Of a DNA stretch of 64,000 bases, positions 37,246 through 47,501 are shown one piece after another. Each line of letters opens with the position of its first letter. The stretch's first letter is position 1. Source of the DNA: Candidatus Aenigmatarchaeota archaeon. GTDB taxonomy: Archaea > Aenigmatarchaeota > Aenigmatarchaeia > GW2011-AR5. The stretch covers positions 384,001 through 448,000 of the forward strand of contig JACPJW010000001.1 in assembly GCA_016187335.1 (NCBI GenBank). Reading direction: 5' to 3'. A program made the translations under genes and the position numbers. The notes under the pieces were generated by a model. The model was not told the DNA's origin. It searched no databases and was given only the letters and a program-made list of their open reading frames with translations.

Positions 37246-38196
37246 TCACGCGAACCCGGCTTTTATGACCAGTACGAATATGAAGAAGCCGCTCAGCGTC
37301 ATTATCAGGCTGTGCTTTATTCCCGCGGAAACGGAATCGGACACTATCTGGCCAGCTATAAGCCCGGAAAAGAATCCCTGGATGATTATCATGACAAGGA
37401 ACAGCGAGCGGTAGTAAGACTCCGGCGCCTTTGCCGGGCCGAAATCAAGCGAGGACGAAACGCCCATGAACAATGAGCATCCCAGGCATTCCGGGCTGTT
37501 CGACGAGATGCATGGCGTGCACGGGTTCGGGTTGAATTCCTGGAATATGCCGGCGATGCTTCCGCCTGTGCCGCCCGGCTGCAGGAGCGGTATAAGGAAT
37601 TTGAGCAGCGCTATGCTGATTCCCAGGAATATGAAGAATATTGCGTACATCATAAGCACCTGCTGGTTAAGCAGGGAGGATTTTTCTTCCTGGACTTCCT
37701 TTATCATTTCAATGTTTTTCGCAAGCGACTCCATCGTATCTTCTATGCTGCCGCCGGATTTGTTCGCCTCATGGATTATCATTATGGACCTGACGATTAT
37801 CCTGCTGTGCCTCATCCTTTTCGCCCAGTCATTGAGCACCTTTTCCAGCGGGATGTTCCAGCTGAGCTGGTTGTCTATCCTTTTTATCTCGGCGGTGAGC
37901 GGCCCGTAATCGGATTTTGCCGCGGATTTTATTGCCTGCAATACAGTAAGGCCAGCCCTTTGCGATTCCGACAAATCCCTGAGGAAGTTCGGGAACTCTT
38001 TTTCGTACGCCCGCACTTTCTTGAATTCAAAGAACCTGTAAAGGCTGTAAGGTATTGTCAGGACTGCAAGACCGATAAATACAAGGTTCAGCGCAAGAAC
38101 TATGTCGCCGGAAAGGATTCCCATGGCCAGCAGGGAAATAAAAATAGCCGATGAAACCAGGATAATCTTCCTGCCATGGCTTAGTTTTTTCAGCAT
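37246..38196 (-). CDS. Type II/IV secretion F-family (TadC-like) membrane platform protein
   Basis: EFPNFLRDLSES..AG, YGPLT.EI, IQGFFSGLIAG. Confidence 0.9.
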   Translation of the reverse strand: MLKKLSHGRKIILVSSAIFISLLAMGILSGDIVLALNLVFIGLAVLTIPYSLYRFFEFKKVRAYEKEFPNFLRDLSESQRAGLTVLQAIKSAAKSDYGPLTAEIKRIDNQLSWNIPLEKVLNDWAKRMRHSRIIVRSIMIIHEANKSGGSIEDTMESLAKNIEMIKEVQEEKSSLLNQQVLMMYAIFFIFLGISIALLKFLIPLLQPGGTGGSIAGIFQEFNPNPCTPCISSNSPECLGCSLFMGVSSSLDFGPAKAPESYYRSLFLVMIIIQGFFSGLIAGQIVSDSVSAGIKHSLIMTLSGFFIFVLVIKAGFA

Positions 38197-38202
38197 GATG
38201 AT

Positions 38203-39075
38203 CTACTCTTCTATAGGCGATATTGACTTTATCAAAAGGATAAAGCCCACGGAGATAAGCGGTATCAGTATGAACACTATGAATGTCTGTATTGCTATCG
38301 TACCGAGTCCGCCCGAAAGCGCCGCCACTATTGACGACAGTATTATAAAAAATATTGAGCCGGTTATTATCAGCGTCAGGTATATCTCCATGAACAGCGA
38401 AAGGTCCTGAGAATATTTTCTTATTTTTCTTCTGTACTCGCCCATAAGCTCTTCGGATTTCTTTTCAAGGTATTCCGCAAGGTTTCCCCCGGAAGAAGTG
38501 ACGTTGTCTATGCCCCAGAAAAGCTCTCTCAACTCCGAGGACGGCGTCCTTCTGGCCTGCCTCCTCATGGCGTTTGAAAAAGTCATTCCGAACACTTCAA
38601 CATTCTGGACTATTTCCCTTGCTTCCCTGCTCACTTCGCCGTACTCTTCAAAGCCTGCCAGCGTCCTGAAAGAGTCTATAGGCGGCAGACGCGACGAAGA
38701 CATTGTGGCAAGGTATGAAACGGCGAAAGGCAGGGCCTTGTTAATCTTGCTGCTCCGGTTTTTCGATGCGGTCACGGGGTAAGAATAAAACAGGAAAAAA
38801 AGAATTCCCGACAGCGTAAAGGAAAGAGTGAGGCCAAGAATGATTGATGTCACAACAGGGAATCCCAGAAGCCCGAAGATGAAAGCGGACAGGGCTGCCT
38901 CAACGAGAAAGGTTACGGAAACGGCAAACAGCGCTATGGAAATGTATTCTTCCAACGTGTACTTGATGCCCGCCTTCTGCAAGTCGTCCTGCAAATCGCT
39001 CAGGTAATTCTTCAAGGACTTGCTGAGGCTGCCGAATATTTTGTAGGCAATAGCAGCATAATTAGGCATATTCAA
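38203..39075 (-). CDS. Type II/IV secretion F-family (TadB/C-like) membrane protein
   Basis: LPFAVSYLATM, YGEVS.E, TPSSEL.E. Confidence 0.9.
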   Translation of the reverse strand: MNMPNYAAIAYKIFGSLSKSLKNYLSDLQDDLQKAGIKYTLEEYISIALFAVSVTFLVEAALSAFIFGLLGFPVVTSIILGLTLSFTLSGILFFLFYSYPVTASKNRSSKINKALPFAVSYLATMSSSRLPPIDSFRTLAGFEEYGEVSREAREIVQNVEVFGMTFSNAMRRQARRTPSSELRELFWGIDNVTSSGGNLAEYLEKKSEELMGEYRRKIRKYSQDLSLFMEIYLTLIITGSIFFIILSSIVAALSGGLGTIAIQTFIVFILIPLISVGFILLIKSISPIEE

Positions 39076-40909
39076 TCCTCTGCAGCAAGAACTCGGGAGC
39101 AGTATAGAACAAATTGAATACGGAACCTAATTTCTGGTAGTCGTTGAGGTTTTTTTCAGCAGACCACTTCAGGACATTTGATTTTCTTTTTATGTCCTCG
39201 TTTATTTCTTCTTCTGATGCTCCGGTTGTTTCGGAGATTTTCTTAAGCAGCGAACTCTTGTTAACTACAGTGTAGGAATCATTTTTGGGGTTCCACCTGA
39301 AAACCTCGTTGGATACCACGGAATTGCTTCTCCTGTCGTACCCGAGGATTTCTATTACAGAAGAAATCCTCCTCTTGTAGACGCGTCCGTACTTCACCCT
39401 TTTGACGAATATTATCACGTCCAGGTTCTGTATAAGCCCTATAGGAAGGCTTATCGGCGGCGTTGAAAGCCTGTCCATAAGCTTGTTGAAATTTTCCGCA
39501 TGTATTGTCGACAGGCCGGCATGGCCCACGGCCATCTGCTGGAAAAGAACGTACGCTTCGCGCCCGCGGACCTCGCCGACGATTATGTAGTCAGGCCTCT
39601 GCCTCAGTGATTCTCTGAGCAATTCAAACATGTCAACCTTGCCTTCTTCCGACAGCGGAGTTCTTGCCACTTCCGATATCCAGTGGGAATGCGGCAGCCT
39701 CAGTTCCGGCGTGTCCTCTATGCTCACTATTTTCATCTGCGGCTTGATGAACAGGGAAAGCGCGTTGAGGAGCGACGTCTTTCCGGTAGCAGTTCCCCCG
39801 GATATGAGCAGGCTCTGGTTGTGCTCTATAAGGTACCAGAAATACGAGAGCATCTTCAGGTCGCACGTCCCGAACTTTACCATGTCCACGGGTGTTAGCG
39901 GCTTTTCCGTGAACATTCTTATGGTGAAATTGCTGCCGTGCATTGCAACGTCGCTGCTCAGGGTTGCCTGGACCCTTGAGCCGTCGGGCAGCGCCCCGTC
40001 AAGGAGCGGCTTCGCGACAGAGATAAGCTTTCCGCACCTTTCGGCAAGCTTGTTTGCAAAGGAATCAAGGGAGTCCTTGTCGGAGAACTTTATGTTAGTC
40101 CTCATTGAGCCGAGCCGCGGGTCCCTGTGGTAAATAAAAATAGGGATGTTCATGCCGTCGCAGGATATGTCCTCTATCTGCTTGTCCTTCAGGAGGGGCT
40201 CTATTTTTTCCAGCCCGACAAAATCCCTTATAACGTAATACATGAGGACGTCTACATCCACGTCAGGCCCGGCGCGGAAATAAGAGAGCGCACCCTCAAA
40301 TATTTTTTTGATGTAGCTCGTGGCGTCGCCCCTTACTTCCCCGAAGTTCACGTCAATCTTTTCCTGTACATACTCCTTTATTTCCCTGAGCAGCGCAGAG
40401 CTTTTCTCGTCAAGCTGCGGCTCAACAATGTCGTAGACAATTTCATTTATTTTCGGATTGAAGTAAATATGGGCGTAAGCGAAGACGCGCTCGCCCTTTT
40501 TCGGCTCCGAGGGTATTAGCGGATATGTGATGTTGATTCTTCTCATCTCAATTGTTTCTTCAGTCATGCCGACGCTTTCAATAGTCGGGGACTCGGCGGT
40601 TTCAGGTATTTTTATCCCGCCTTTTACGAATTCCTTCATATCGTAATCTTCCGTCAGTATAACAGGTATGGGGCCTGCCGGAAGCGCTGCAGCAGGCGGC
40701 GTTGAATACCCGCGGAATTCTGAAGAAGAATCAGGCTGCGAAGAATGCGGGCTGATATCCTGGGAAATTATACCGGGTTGTTCTTTGGCTGGCTGGGTTT
40801 TCACTTTTAGCCTTATTTTCTTCAGGCCGGTGGAAGTTTTCATGGAAATTAACACGGTCTTTTCCGGCCATGCTTCCTTTTTAGCGAGTTTTATCTTCAT
40901 TCCAAACAC
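39062..40909 (-). CDS. Type IV pilus assembly ATPase (VirB11/ArlI family)
   Basis: GGTATGKTS, SIEDTPEL, RQRPDYIIVGEVRG, STIHA. Confidence 0.95.
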   Translation of the reverse strand: MFGMKIKLAKKEAWPEKTVLISMKTSTGLKKIRLKVKTQPAKEQPGIISQDISPHSSQPDSSSEFRGYSTPPAAALPAGPIPVILTEDYDMKEFVKGGIKIPETAESPTIESVGMTEETIEMRRINITYPLIPSEPKKGERVFAYAHIYFNPKINEIVYDIVEPQLDEKSSALLREIKEYVQEKIDVNFGEVRGDATSYIKKIFEGALSYFRAGPDVDVDVLMYYVIRDFVGLEKIEPLLKDKQIEDISCDGMNIPIFIYHRDPRLGSMRTNIKFSDKDSLDSFANKLAERCGKLISVAKPLLDGALPDGSRVQATLSSDVAMHGSNFTIRMFTEKPLTPVDMVKFGTCDLKMLSYFWYLIEHNQSLLISGGTATGKTSLLNALSLFIKPQMKIVSIEDTPELRLPHSHWISEVARTPLSEEGKVDMFELLRESLRQRPDYIIVGEVRGREAYVLFQQMAVGHAGLSTIHAENFNKLMDRLSTPPISLPIGLIQNLDVIIFVKRVKYGRVYKRRISSVIEILGYDRRSNSVVSNEVFRWNPKNDSYTVVNKSSLLKKISETTGASEEEINEDIKRKSNVLKWSAEKNLNDYQKLGSVFNLFYTAPEFLLQRIEYA

Positions 40910-40917
40910 CAGAACGC

Positions 40918-41388
40918 TTACCCGCGCCTTATTTTTATTGTCTTCCCGTCCAAGTATATTTCTGCCCTGCCGGCTGTACTCAGGACCTCACCGCTCAGGC
41001 AGAAAATACCTTCAATACTACAATCTGTCTGGGCTATGTTAAATAGTTTTTGAGATACTTTTGTTTCCGGATCGCTGAAATCGTAAACTATAACGGAATC
41101 ATCCTTGAGGGACACGACATAAACCTTTCCCGATATTTTATCCGGCAAACTTATCACTGCAGAAGAATTCTGGGCTGCTGTCCTGACAACGCCTGCTGCC
41201 ACGACATCCCCGATGTTGCGGAAATGGTCCTTTGTGGAGACGCTGTTAAGCGATGCCTGTATTGTGCTGAAGCTGAGAGCAACATGGGCGGTTATCAGGA
41301 CTCCTATGGCAAACAGTAGAACTTCGTTGACGACGAGATGCTGGCCCTTCATTCCCTTATTAAGAATATTATTTTTCCTTTTTTTCAT
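40918..41388 (-). CDS. Pilin-like protein
   Basis: NKGMKG|QHLVVNEVLLF class III signal. Confidence 0.75.
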   Translation of the reverse strand: MKKRKNNILNKGMKGQHLVVNEVLLFAIGVLITAHVALSFSTIQASLNSVSTKDHFRNIGDVVAAGVVRTAAQNSSAVISLPDKISGKVYVVSLKDDSVIVYDFSDPETKVSQKLFNIAQTDCSIEGIFCLSGEVLSTAGRAEIYLDGKTIKIRRG

Positions 41389-41430
41389 AAATATTCTTTA
41401 TTGAGGCCGATAATAAAGATGCGGAATAAA

Positions 41431-42150
41431 TCAGATTAAGTCCAGATTTATGACGGTTTTTGTTATGATCTTGCCGTTTTCTTCCGTTTCCGACGTGCCT
41501 TTGCTTTCAATTATGATTGAGTGGTCAAGGCCGGCGCTTTTGACCTGGTCTGAAGTGAGCACAAGAGAATAAACCCTTATAGTCTGCGTTTTCAGCGGCA
41601 CATATCGCAGCGTATAAGATGTCAGGTACTTGTTTTCGTCAAGCTTCACGCTCTTGACGCACAGGATGCCTGCGTCGTCAGAGCCCCATGCCCCTTCCGA
41701 AGCCGTGCACGTGCTGTTCTTCAGCGGTATCTCCGCGCCCGTGGCGTATATCGTCCCTTGCGTATCTGCGTCGAGCTGGATTACCCAGCCGTTCGGGCTG
41801 CTGTCTATTTTCACGATGCCTGACGCCGTGATTTTCAGCTGGTCTCGTCCGCCGGTGTTTGCAACTGTCTTTATCTTGCTGTCCAGGGTTTTCATGAACT
41901 GCTCGCTGCTCTGCAGCAGCGAGACGTCCTTGTTTTTCTGTATAAGGGGTATTCCCCAAAGATAGACGGATCCCACGATGCCGATCAGTATCCCGCTCAG
42001 GAGTATCGCCGTGACAGCCTGTTCCTGGCCTTTAGAGGAGAAAAACCAAGGTTTTTCTCCCTCTACCCTCTTTTCCTTATTATTTTTTGATAGAACTTTT
42101 TTGTAAAAAGTTCTTCTCATTCCCTTATTAGAAATATTATTTGACATCAA
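41431..42150 (-). CDS. Pilin-like protein with an extended signal-peptide N-region
   Basis: SSKG|QEQAVTAILLSGILIGIVG; the N-region contains two palindromes. Confidence 0.75.
   Translation of the reverse strand: MMSNNISNKGMRRTFYKKVLSKNNKEKRVEGEKPWFFSSKGQEQAVTAILLSGILIGIVGSVYLWGIPLIQKNKDVSLLQSSEQFMKTLDSKIKTVANTGGRDQLKITASGIVKIDSSPNGWVIQLDADTQGTIYATGAEIPLKNSTCTASEGAWGSDDAGILCVKSVKLDENKYLTSYTLRYVPLKTQTIRVYSLVLTSDQVKSAGLDHSIIIESKGTSETEENGKIITKTVINLDLI
42037..42114. repeat. Two palindromes inside the pilin leader coding region
   Basis: GGAGAAAAACC-AA-GGTTTTTCTCC (42037-42060) and a TTTTTTGATAGAACTTTTT..AAAAAGTTCT family copy (42083-42114). Confidence 0.85.
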
Positions 42151-42252
42151 AACCTAATTGTTTTCAAGGGTAATTAAGCTTTTCCAGATTTGGTAAAGCA
42201 AAGCTTTCCAAATCTTCAAGATGAATCAAAGATTTATCTTAGAAGAAAAAGT

Positions 42253-42660
42253 TCACACTATGGGCGCGGCTGGCATTCTTGGTCTTGCCATTTTCTTGGA
42301 CATCGCTGACATGAGGATGGCATTAACGCGCTTTTCTAATTTTGCCAGACGCTCGTCCATCTTCCTTTCAAGCTGTGGCGACTCTTCCTTTACTTCCTCG
42401 CCTTCTATCTCAACCCGTGCCATGAAATCATCCAGTCTTGCCGTCAGCGCGCTCACGGACTGAATAGTGCTGTTCACCCTGTCAACCATCTCCGAGTTGC
42501 TTTTCACTATTTCATCCACAATCTGCTGGTTTGTCTTGACTATTTCCATCAAATCCTTCATCAATTCCTCGGAACCGCCGGACCGCTCAATCTTGTCAAC
42601 CCTTTTTTCCAGCCGCCTTACCGGATTCATAGGCACAAGCTCGTATTCGTCTTCTTCCAT
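42253..42660 (-). CDS. Conserved coiled-coil protein next to the pilus locus
   Basis: MEEDEYELVPMNPVRRLEKRV followed by heptads; GGTG upstream. Confidence 0.75.
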   Translation of the reverse strand: MEEDEYELVPMNPVRRLEKRVDKIERSGGSEELMKDLMEIVKTNQQIVDEIVKSNSEMVDRVNSTIQSVSALTARLDDFMARVEIEGEEVKEESPQLERKMDERLAKLEKRVNAILMSAMSKKMARPRMPAAPIV

Positions 42661-42681
42661 GAACAATACACCACATATCCG

Positions 42682-42709
42682 TTTTGATAGAACTTTTTTG
42701 AAAAGTTCT
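42682..42709. repeat. Palindromic repeat copy
   Basis: TTTTGATAGAACTTTT..GAAAAGTTCT; shares the ATCCG flank with the copy at 17776-17808. Confidence 0.85.
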
Positions 42710-42746
42710 CTTTTATTATATTTGCAAAAGCGGTATAAATAGGTTT

Positions 42747-43064
42747 TCACGATCTCAAAGAGCTTCGCTCTTTGAGAATGTCCCCGAAAGCCCGGCAGAA
42801 ATATTCCTTTGCACGCATAACGGCTTTCTTGCCCTCAGGCGTCAGCGAGTACACAATTATTTTGCCCCTTTTATCCCCCTTTATGAGGCCCTTGCTTTTC
42901 ATGTCCTTCAGCGCAGGGTATATCGTTCCTGCCTTGGGCTTCTCGCCCCGGCGCTTCCCTATCTCCCCGGCAAGCTGCTCGCCGTTCATCTCCTTCTTTG
43001 ACAGAAGCCATAAAACCTGGAAGGACAGCATCCCCCGCATGTCGCAGCCGTGATCATGTTTCAT
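42747..43064 (-). CDS. PadR-family transcriptional regulator
   Basis: MRGMLSFQVLWLL, GTIYPALK, YSLTPEG. Confidence 0.9.
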   Translation of the reverse strand: MKHDHGCDMRGMLSFQVLWLLSKKEMNGEQLAGEIGKRRGEKPKAGTIYPALKDMKSKGLIKGDKRGKIIVYSLTPEGKKAVMRAKEYFCRAFGDILKERSSLRS

Positions 43065-43144
43065 AGCAATTATAGGGCATCCTATATATTTAAATACATG
43101 ACCGATACATAATATCGGATATCCTATATGCAGGAAGTGATGAA

Positions 43145-43747
43145 ATGGCGTTTGACAAATTGGGAAGCGATGAAAGCATTGAAAAGGCTGTGGCTTCCTT
43201 GAAAGCCAACGGCATAGAAGCCTTTGTGGTTGAGAACGGCGAGCAGGCAAAGCAGAAAGCCCTGGAAATGATACCGGAGGGTGCGGAAGTGATGAACATG
43301 ACCTCCGTCACGCTTGATGCAATCGGCTTGACGGAAGAAATAATGTCTGGAAGGAATTCCGTCCGCAAAAAACTTATGAGCATGGACAGGACCAAGCATG
43401 GCAGCGAGATGAAAAAACTGGGGATTGCGCCTGATTACGCTGTCGGAAGCGTCCACGCCATTACCGAAGACGGCAAGGTGCTTATCGCTTCCGCTTCCGG
43501 GAGCCAGCTTCCCGCTTACGCTTACGGGGCAGGCAAGGTTATCTGGATAGCAGGCACCCAGAAGATTGTGAAAAATCTGGAGGAAGGCATGAAGCGGATT
43601 TATGAGTATACATTGCCGCTGGAGGACCAGAGGGCGAGGATAGCATACGGCGTCGGGAGCGGCGTCAACAAACTGCTGGTTGTAAACAAAGAATTCGCGC
43701 CCGGAAGGATAACCCTGATACTAGTGAAAGAAAAGCTCGGTTTCTGA
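43145..43747 (+). CDS. LUD-domain (LutC/YkgG-like) protein
   Basis: SVHAITEDG, ASASGSQL, GTQKIV, RITLILV. Confidence 0.85.
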   Translation: MAFDKLGSDESIEKAVASLKANGIEAFVVENGEQAKQKALEMIPEGAEVMNMTSVTLDAIGLTEEIMSGRNSVRKKLMSMDRTKHGSEMKKLGIAPDYAVGSVHAITEDGKVLIASASGSQLPAYAYGAGKVIWIAGTQKIVKNLEEGMKRIYEYTLPLEDQRARIAYGVGSGVNKLLVVNKEFAPGRITLILVKEKLGF

Positions 43748-43786
43748 TGTCTGTTTTGATGCTTAAACAAAAAGGAGTTGGTTGAA

Positions 43787-43918
43787 ATGTGCGTTGGTGC
43801 AATGAGAGGCTTCCTTACAAAGGAGGAAAAAATAGAAATGCTCAAGGAATACAAGGACTCCCTGGAAAAGGAAGCCGACGGGGTTGAGGAAAGAATCAAG
43901 GAACTGGAAAAAGACTGA
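43787..43918 (+). CDS. 43-aa coiled-coil microprotein (DUF5320-like; not in the ORF track)
   Basis: AGGAG site; MCVGAMRGFLTKEEKIEMLKEYKDSLEKEADGVEERIKELEKD. Confidence 0.75.
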   Translation: MCVGAMRGFLTKEEKIEMLKEYKDSLEKEADGVEERIKELEKD

Positions 43919-44019
43919 TTTTTTCTTTGTTTTTTATAAATTTTTTCTGCTGCTCAGGCATGAAAGGGAGCTGGAAAAAAACCAGCAGCCTGTCGAGAAG
44001 CGCAGGAAGAAATGAAAAA

Positions 44020-44122
44020 AGAACTCTGAGAAGTTCTGCCCTTTTGGTTAAACTCCTTCGAAGAACAAAGTTCTTCGAGGTCTCAGAGAAACTTCGTTTC
44101 TCTGCAGATTTTGGAAAAGTTT
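44020..44122. repeat. Composite multi-hairpin intergenic element homologous to the tRNA-Phe 59/60 intron
   Basis: CGAAGAAC-AAA-GTTCTTCG and CAGAGAAAC-TTC-GTTTCTCTG followed by CAGAT, collinear with 27950-28003. Confidence 0.85.
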
Positions 44123-45767
44123 ACTCCATGTCCATGTCTTCGCCGCCGGGCATTCCGCCAGGGCCGCCTCTCGGCATGCCGCCGCCGGACTTTGACGTTA
44201 TGACGTCGTCTATGCGCAGTATCATTTCCGCCGCTTCCGTTGCGGACTTGATGGCCTGCGTCTTTATCTTCAGCGGCTCGACGACGCCGTTCTTCTTCAT
44301 ATCCTCTACTTTTCCGTTGACAACATCTATGCCGTAAGCGGATTTTCCTTTGTCGTGCAGCGTCCTTAACTCTACAAGAAGATCAATAGGATCGCGTCCA
44401 GTGCTTTCAGCCAGCGTTCTTGGAATTATTTCAACAGCCTCGGCAAACGAATTTATTGCCAGCTGTTCTCTTCCGCCGACGGATTCTGCGTATTCCCTGA
44501 GCTTGCGGGCGATCTCTATCTCTACGGCTCCGCCGCCGTAGACAACCTTGCCTACTTCCAGGGCAGAAATAACACCCAGGACTGCGTCGTCCATTGCGCG
44601 CTTCGCCTCGTCAACAACATGCTCCGTTCCGCCGCGCACAAGAATGCTTACTGATTTAGGATCCTTGCAGTCGCGGACAAAGATCATCTCTTCGCCGGCA
44701 ATCTTCTGCTCCTCAACTAATCCGGCATAGCCTAAATCATCCTTTGATATCTCTTCCAGGTTCGAAACGATGTTGGCGCCCGTGGCTTTTGCCAGCTTTT
44801 CCATGTCGCTTTTCTTCACGCGCCTTGCAGCTATAGTGCCTTCCTTGGCAAGATAATGCTGCGCTAAATCATCAATGCCTTTCTGGCAGAAAACAACATT
44901 GCATCCTGTCGCTGACACCTTCTTTACCATTTCCTTGAGCATCTTTGTTTCCTGCTCGAGAAACGCCTGAAGCTGGTCAGGTGATGTTATTCTTATTTCC
45001 GCGTTCGTTTCGGTTTCCTTTACCTCCAGAGCCACATCCAGCAGCACTATTTTCGCATCCTTGACGCGCTTTGGCATGTTAGGATGCACAACTTCCTTGT
45101 CAATGACAATTCCCTTTATCAGTTCCGTGTCGTCAATTGAGCCGCCCTGCTTCTTCTCTATTTTCACATCGTCCTTGTCGATGACAACCTTGCCGTTGTC
45201 CTGTTCCGCGACCATCTTGACAGCTTCAACGGCTAATTTCGCCAGGGATTCCTTTGCCGCTTCGCCGCCCTTCCCTGTCATTGCTGTCATCGCTATTTTC
45301 TGCAGCATTTCCGTGTCATTAATGTCAATGTCTTCGCCTATTTCCTGCAAAACTTCCAGCGCTTTTGTCTTCGAAAGCCTGTAACCCCTTACGATCATCG
45401 TGGGATGTATTTCCTGCTCCAGAAGACCCTCTGCTTTCTTCAGCAATTCACCAGCAAGAATTACTGCCGTGGTCGTGCCGTCGCCGACCTCGTCTTCCTG
45501 CGTCTTCGCCACTTCAACAATCATCTTTGCGGCAGGATGCTCTATTTCCATGTCCTCCAGTATTGTCGCGCCGTCGTTGGTTATGGTGACGTCACCTATA
45601 GAATTAACAAGCATCTTGTCCATGCCGCGCGGGCCCAGCGTAGTCCTTACAGACTCAGCAACGGCTTTCGCTGCCATTATGTTGCGCGACTGCGCGTCCC
45701 TTCCAGTGTTCCTCAAAGTGCCTTCCGGCAGGATGAATATAGGCTGTCCGCCAAGCTGGTTCACCAT
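44121..45767 (-). CDS. ths: Thermosome (group II chaperonin)
   Basis: [37 protein letters not shown] tail. Confidence 0.98.
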   Translation of the reverse strand: MVNQLGGQPIFILPEGTLRNTGRDAQSRNIMAAKAVAESVRTTLGPRGMDKMLVNSIGDVTITNDGATILEDMEIEHPAAKMIVEVAKTQEDEVGDGTTTAVILAGELLKKAEGLLEQEIHPTMIVRGYRLSKTKALEVLQEIGEDIDINDTEMLQKIAMTAMTGKGGEAAKESLAKLAVEAVKMVAEQDNGKVVIDKDDVKIEKKQGGSIDDTELIKGIVIDKEVVHPNMPKRVKDAKIVLLDVALEVKETETNAEIRITSPDQLQAFLEQETKMLKEMVKKVSATGCNVVFCQKGIDDLAQHYLAKEGTIAARRVKKSDMEKLAKATGANIVSNLEEISKDDLGYAGLVEEQKIAGEEMIFVRDCKDPKSVSILVRGGTEHVVDEAKRAMDDAVLGVISALEVGKVVYGGGAVEIEIARKLREYAESVGGREQLAINSFAEAVEIIPRTLAESTGRDPIDLLVELRTLHDKGKSAYGIDVVNGKVEDMKKNGVVEPLKIKTQAIKSATEAAEMILRIDDVITSKSGGGMPRGGPGGMPGGEDMDME

Positions 45768-45813
45768 TTCAAATACACCTCGTTAATAGAATTTCTTTCC
45801 ATGCACGCTTTCA

Positions 45814-45843
45814 TTTTTGACGCAACTTTTTCCTAAAAGTTGC
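45814..45843. repeat. Palindromic repeat copy upstream of the thermosome gene
   Basis: TTTTTGACGCAACTTTTTCCTAAAAGTTGC. Confidence 0.85.
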
Positions 45844-45919
45844 CGTATACTTTCATGCACATACATAGAAGAAGCTAATCTTTAAAAGGGTTGCGGTGCG
45901 GCTTAGCGTGTCACACAAT

Positions 45920-46498
45920 TCACAGGAACGACAGGCCGTAGCTTCCCAGATGAAGCCTGTAGTGAGACCTTACGTTATCGCTTCCAAAATAGTTCAGCAG
46001 GCCGAGACTTCTTGCCGCTTTCAGCGCATGAGTCCATGCGAACCTCTCTGAAAATCTTTCGTATTCCTCATCCCCGAACGCTTTTATGCAGAATTCATGC
46101 ACGGCCGCCAGCTGCTCAGAGTAAGACCCTGACAGGCTGCCGTGGCATAGTAAGGCATGGAGCGAGTCGTAAGTTTTTGCATGTCCTATTTCATGAAAAG
46201 ACGACAGGATCCTTATCTCCCTTTCCCGCAGTTTCGGAATGCTTATTTGTATCTCCGGCACTGGCCTTATGACGCCGTTCTCCCTTATGCAAATTTTGAA
46301 ATTGGACCTGACAGGAATGAAAGTCCATCTGCCATTTTCCAGCAGATCGTTGAGCCTTATTACGCTTCCATTTACACGGTAGTCGAAGAAATAGTTGCCA
46401 CCTTCATGGGATTTGTCTTTGTAGAATGAAACCCCGTTTCCATTTTGATATTCGATTGAGCCCTCTTCGTATATTCTTGATGTAGGATTAGTATTCAC
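45920..46498 (-). CDS. Hypothetical protein with HExxH metal-binding motif
   Basis: FHEIGHA and downstream SERFAW. Confidence 0.6.
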   Translation of the reverse strand: MNTNPTSRIYEEGSIEYQNGNGVSFYKDKSHEGGNYFFDYRVNGSVIRLNDLLENGRWTFIPVRSNFKICIRENGVIRPVPEIQISIPKLREREIRILSSFHEIGHAKTYDSLHALLCHGSLSGSYSEQLAAVHEFCIKAFGDEEYERFSERFAWTHALKAARSLGLLNYFGSDNVRSHYRLHLGSYGLSFL

Positions 46499-46500
46499 GT

Positions 46501-47400
46501 TTAGCTTCCATCACCCTTCTTTGCTGCTCTGACAATGTCCCGCTTTGTCATCTCCTTCAGCTCATCGGCAGGAATAACCGGGATTTCCAGTTCCATTCTT
46601 TTCTTCGTGACAACAATGACGGGTTTTTCGGTTATTTCTGAAAACGCCAGCATATATCCCTCGTTCTTCTCCACTCTTTTCTCGTTTTCTTCAGCATCGG
46701 AGAATACCAGAAAACGCTCCTTGTCATGCGTTTTGGCAATGATGTTGAAAGGCGCCTGGTAAACAAAGGAAGTTCCAAAGCCCTTCCTTTTCAGCTCTTT
46801 TGATATTGCCCTTTCAAATGCAGTCCTCGGCTCTTTGCCTGCCTCTTCAAAAGAGAAAGAAGTGAAGTCAATGCTTCTCGTTACGGAGCCCAGCAGCCGC
46901 TCCATTTTCTTCGCTATAACATATTTTGATTTCATCATTTTCCTTTCATGTTCGTAGACGTTCTTCTTTGTCGTGCCCAGTTTTTCCGCCAGTTCGCTCT
47001 GAGAGAATCCCCTGCCCTCTCTGGCATCCCGCAGCAGTTCTGGATCCACTTCGGCAAAAAAGCCGCCCCTGAACCTGTAAATCAGCGGGTTTATGTTGTG
47101 CACAAGAATATTTTCAAGCGTCTTAGGCGTGAAGGTGGGTATATCAAACCTGTCGTATATCACATTGTCATGGAGCTTCTCGCGCCTTGTCCAGATGCCT
47201 ACCAGGGCGGGCGAGGCGTCCAGATTTGATGACAGCGTTTTCAGGTTGTCTGATTGCTCTTCCTGGAAAGAATCAACGTTCTCAAGAACCTTCAGCAGAA
47301 TCACTTCCTGCTTCCTGGCTATTATGTCAAAGCACCCGCTGTATTCGCTGTAATCGTAGTCAGACCTTTCCAGGATACGCCCGATTTCCTCCCTTAGCAT
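46501..47400 (-). CDS. Archaeal HTH transcriptional regulator (COG1395-like)
   Basis: FDIIARK, KVLENVDSF, YDRFDIP, cro-type HTH SQSELAEKLG. Confidence 0.85.
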   Translation of the reverse strand: MLREEIGRILERSDYDYSEYSGCFDIIARKQEVILLKVLENVDSFQEEQSDNLKTLSSNLDASPALVGIWTRREKLHDNVIYDRFDIPTFTPKTLENILVHNINPLIYRFRGGFFAEVDPELLRDAREGRGFSQSELAEKLGTTKKNVYEHERKMMKSKYVIAKKMERLLGSVTRSIDFTSFSFEEAGKEPRTAFERAISKELKRKGFGTSFVYQAPFNIIAKTHDKERFLVFSDAEENEKRVEKNEGYMLAFSEITEKPVIVVTKKRMELEIPVIPADELKEMTKRDIVRAAKKGDGS

Positions 47401-47501
47401 GCATAACGTTTTCGGGAAAACTTTAAAACAATAATATCCAAGCAGATATTCAAAGAGCCAATTCAAAAGAGCTTGAAGCACTTTGTGCTTCGTTCGGCTA
47501 T

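Noticed and set aside
47478-47500. BHB in the tRNA-Ile leader hairpin GAAGCAC/GTGCTTC
   Set aside because: Flanks do not form the 4-bp helix in any register.
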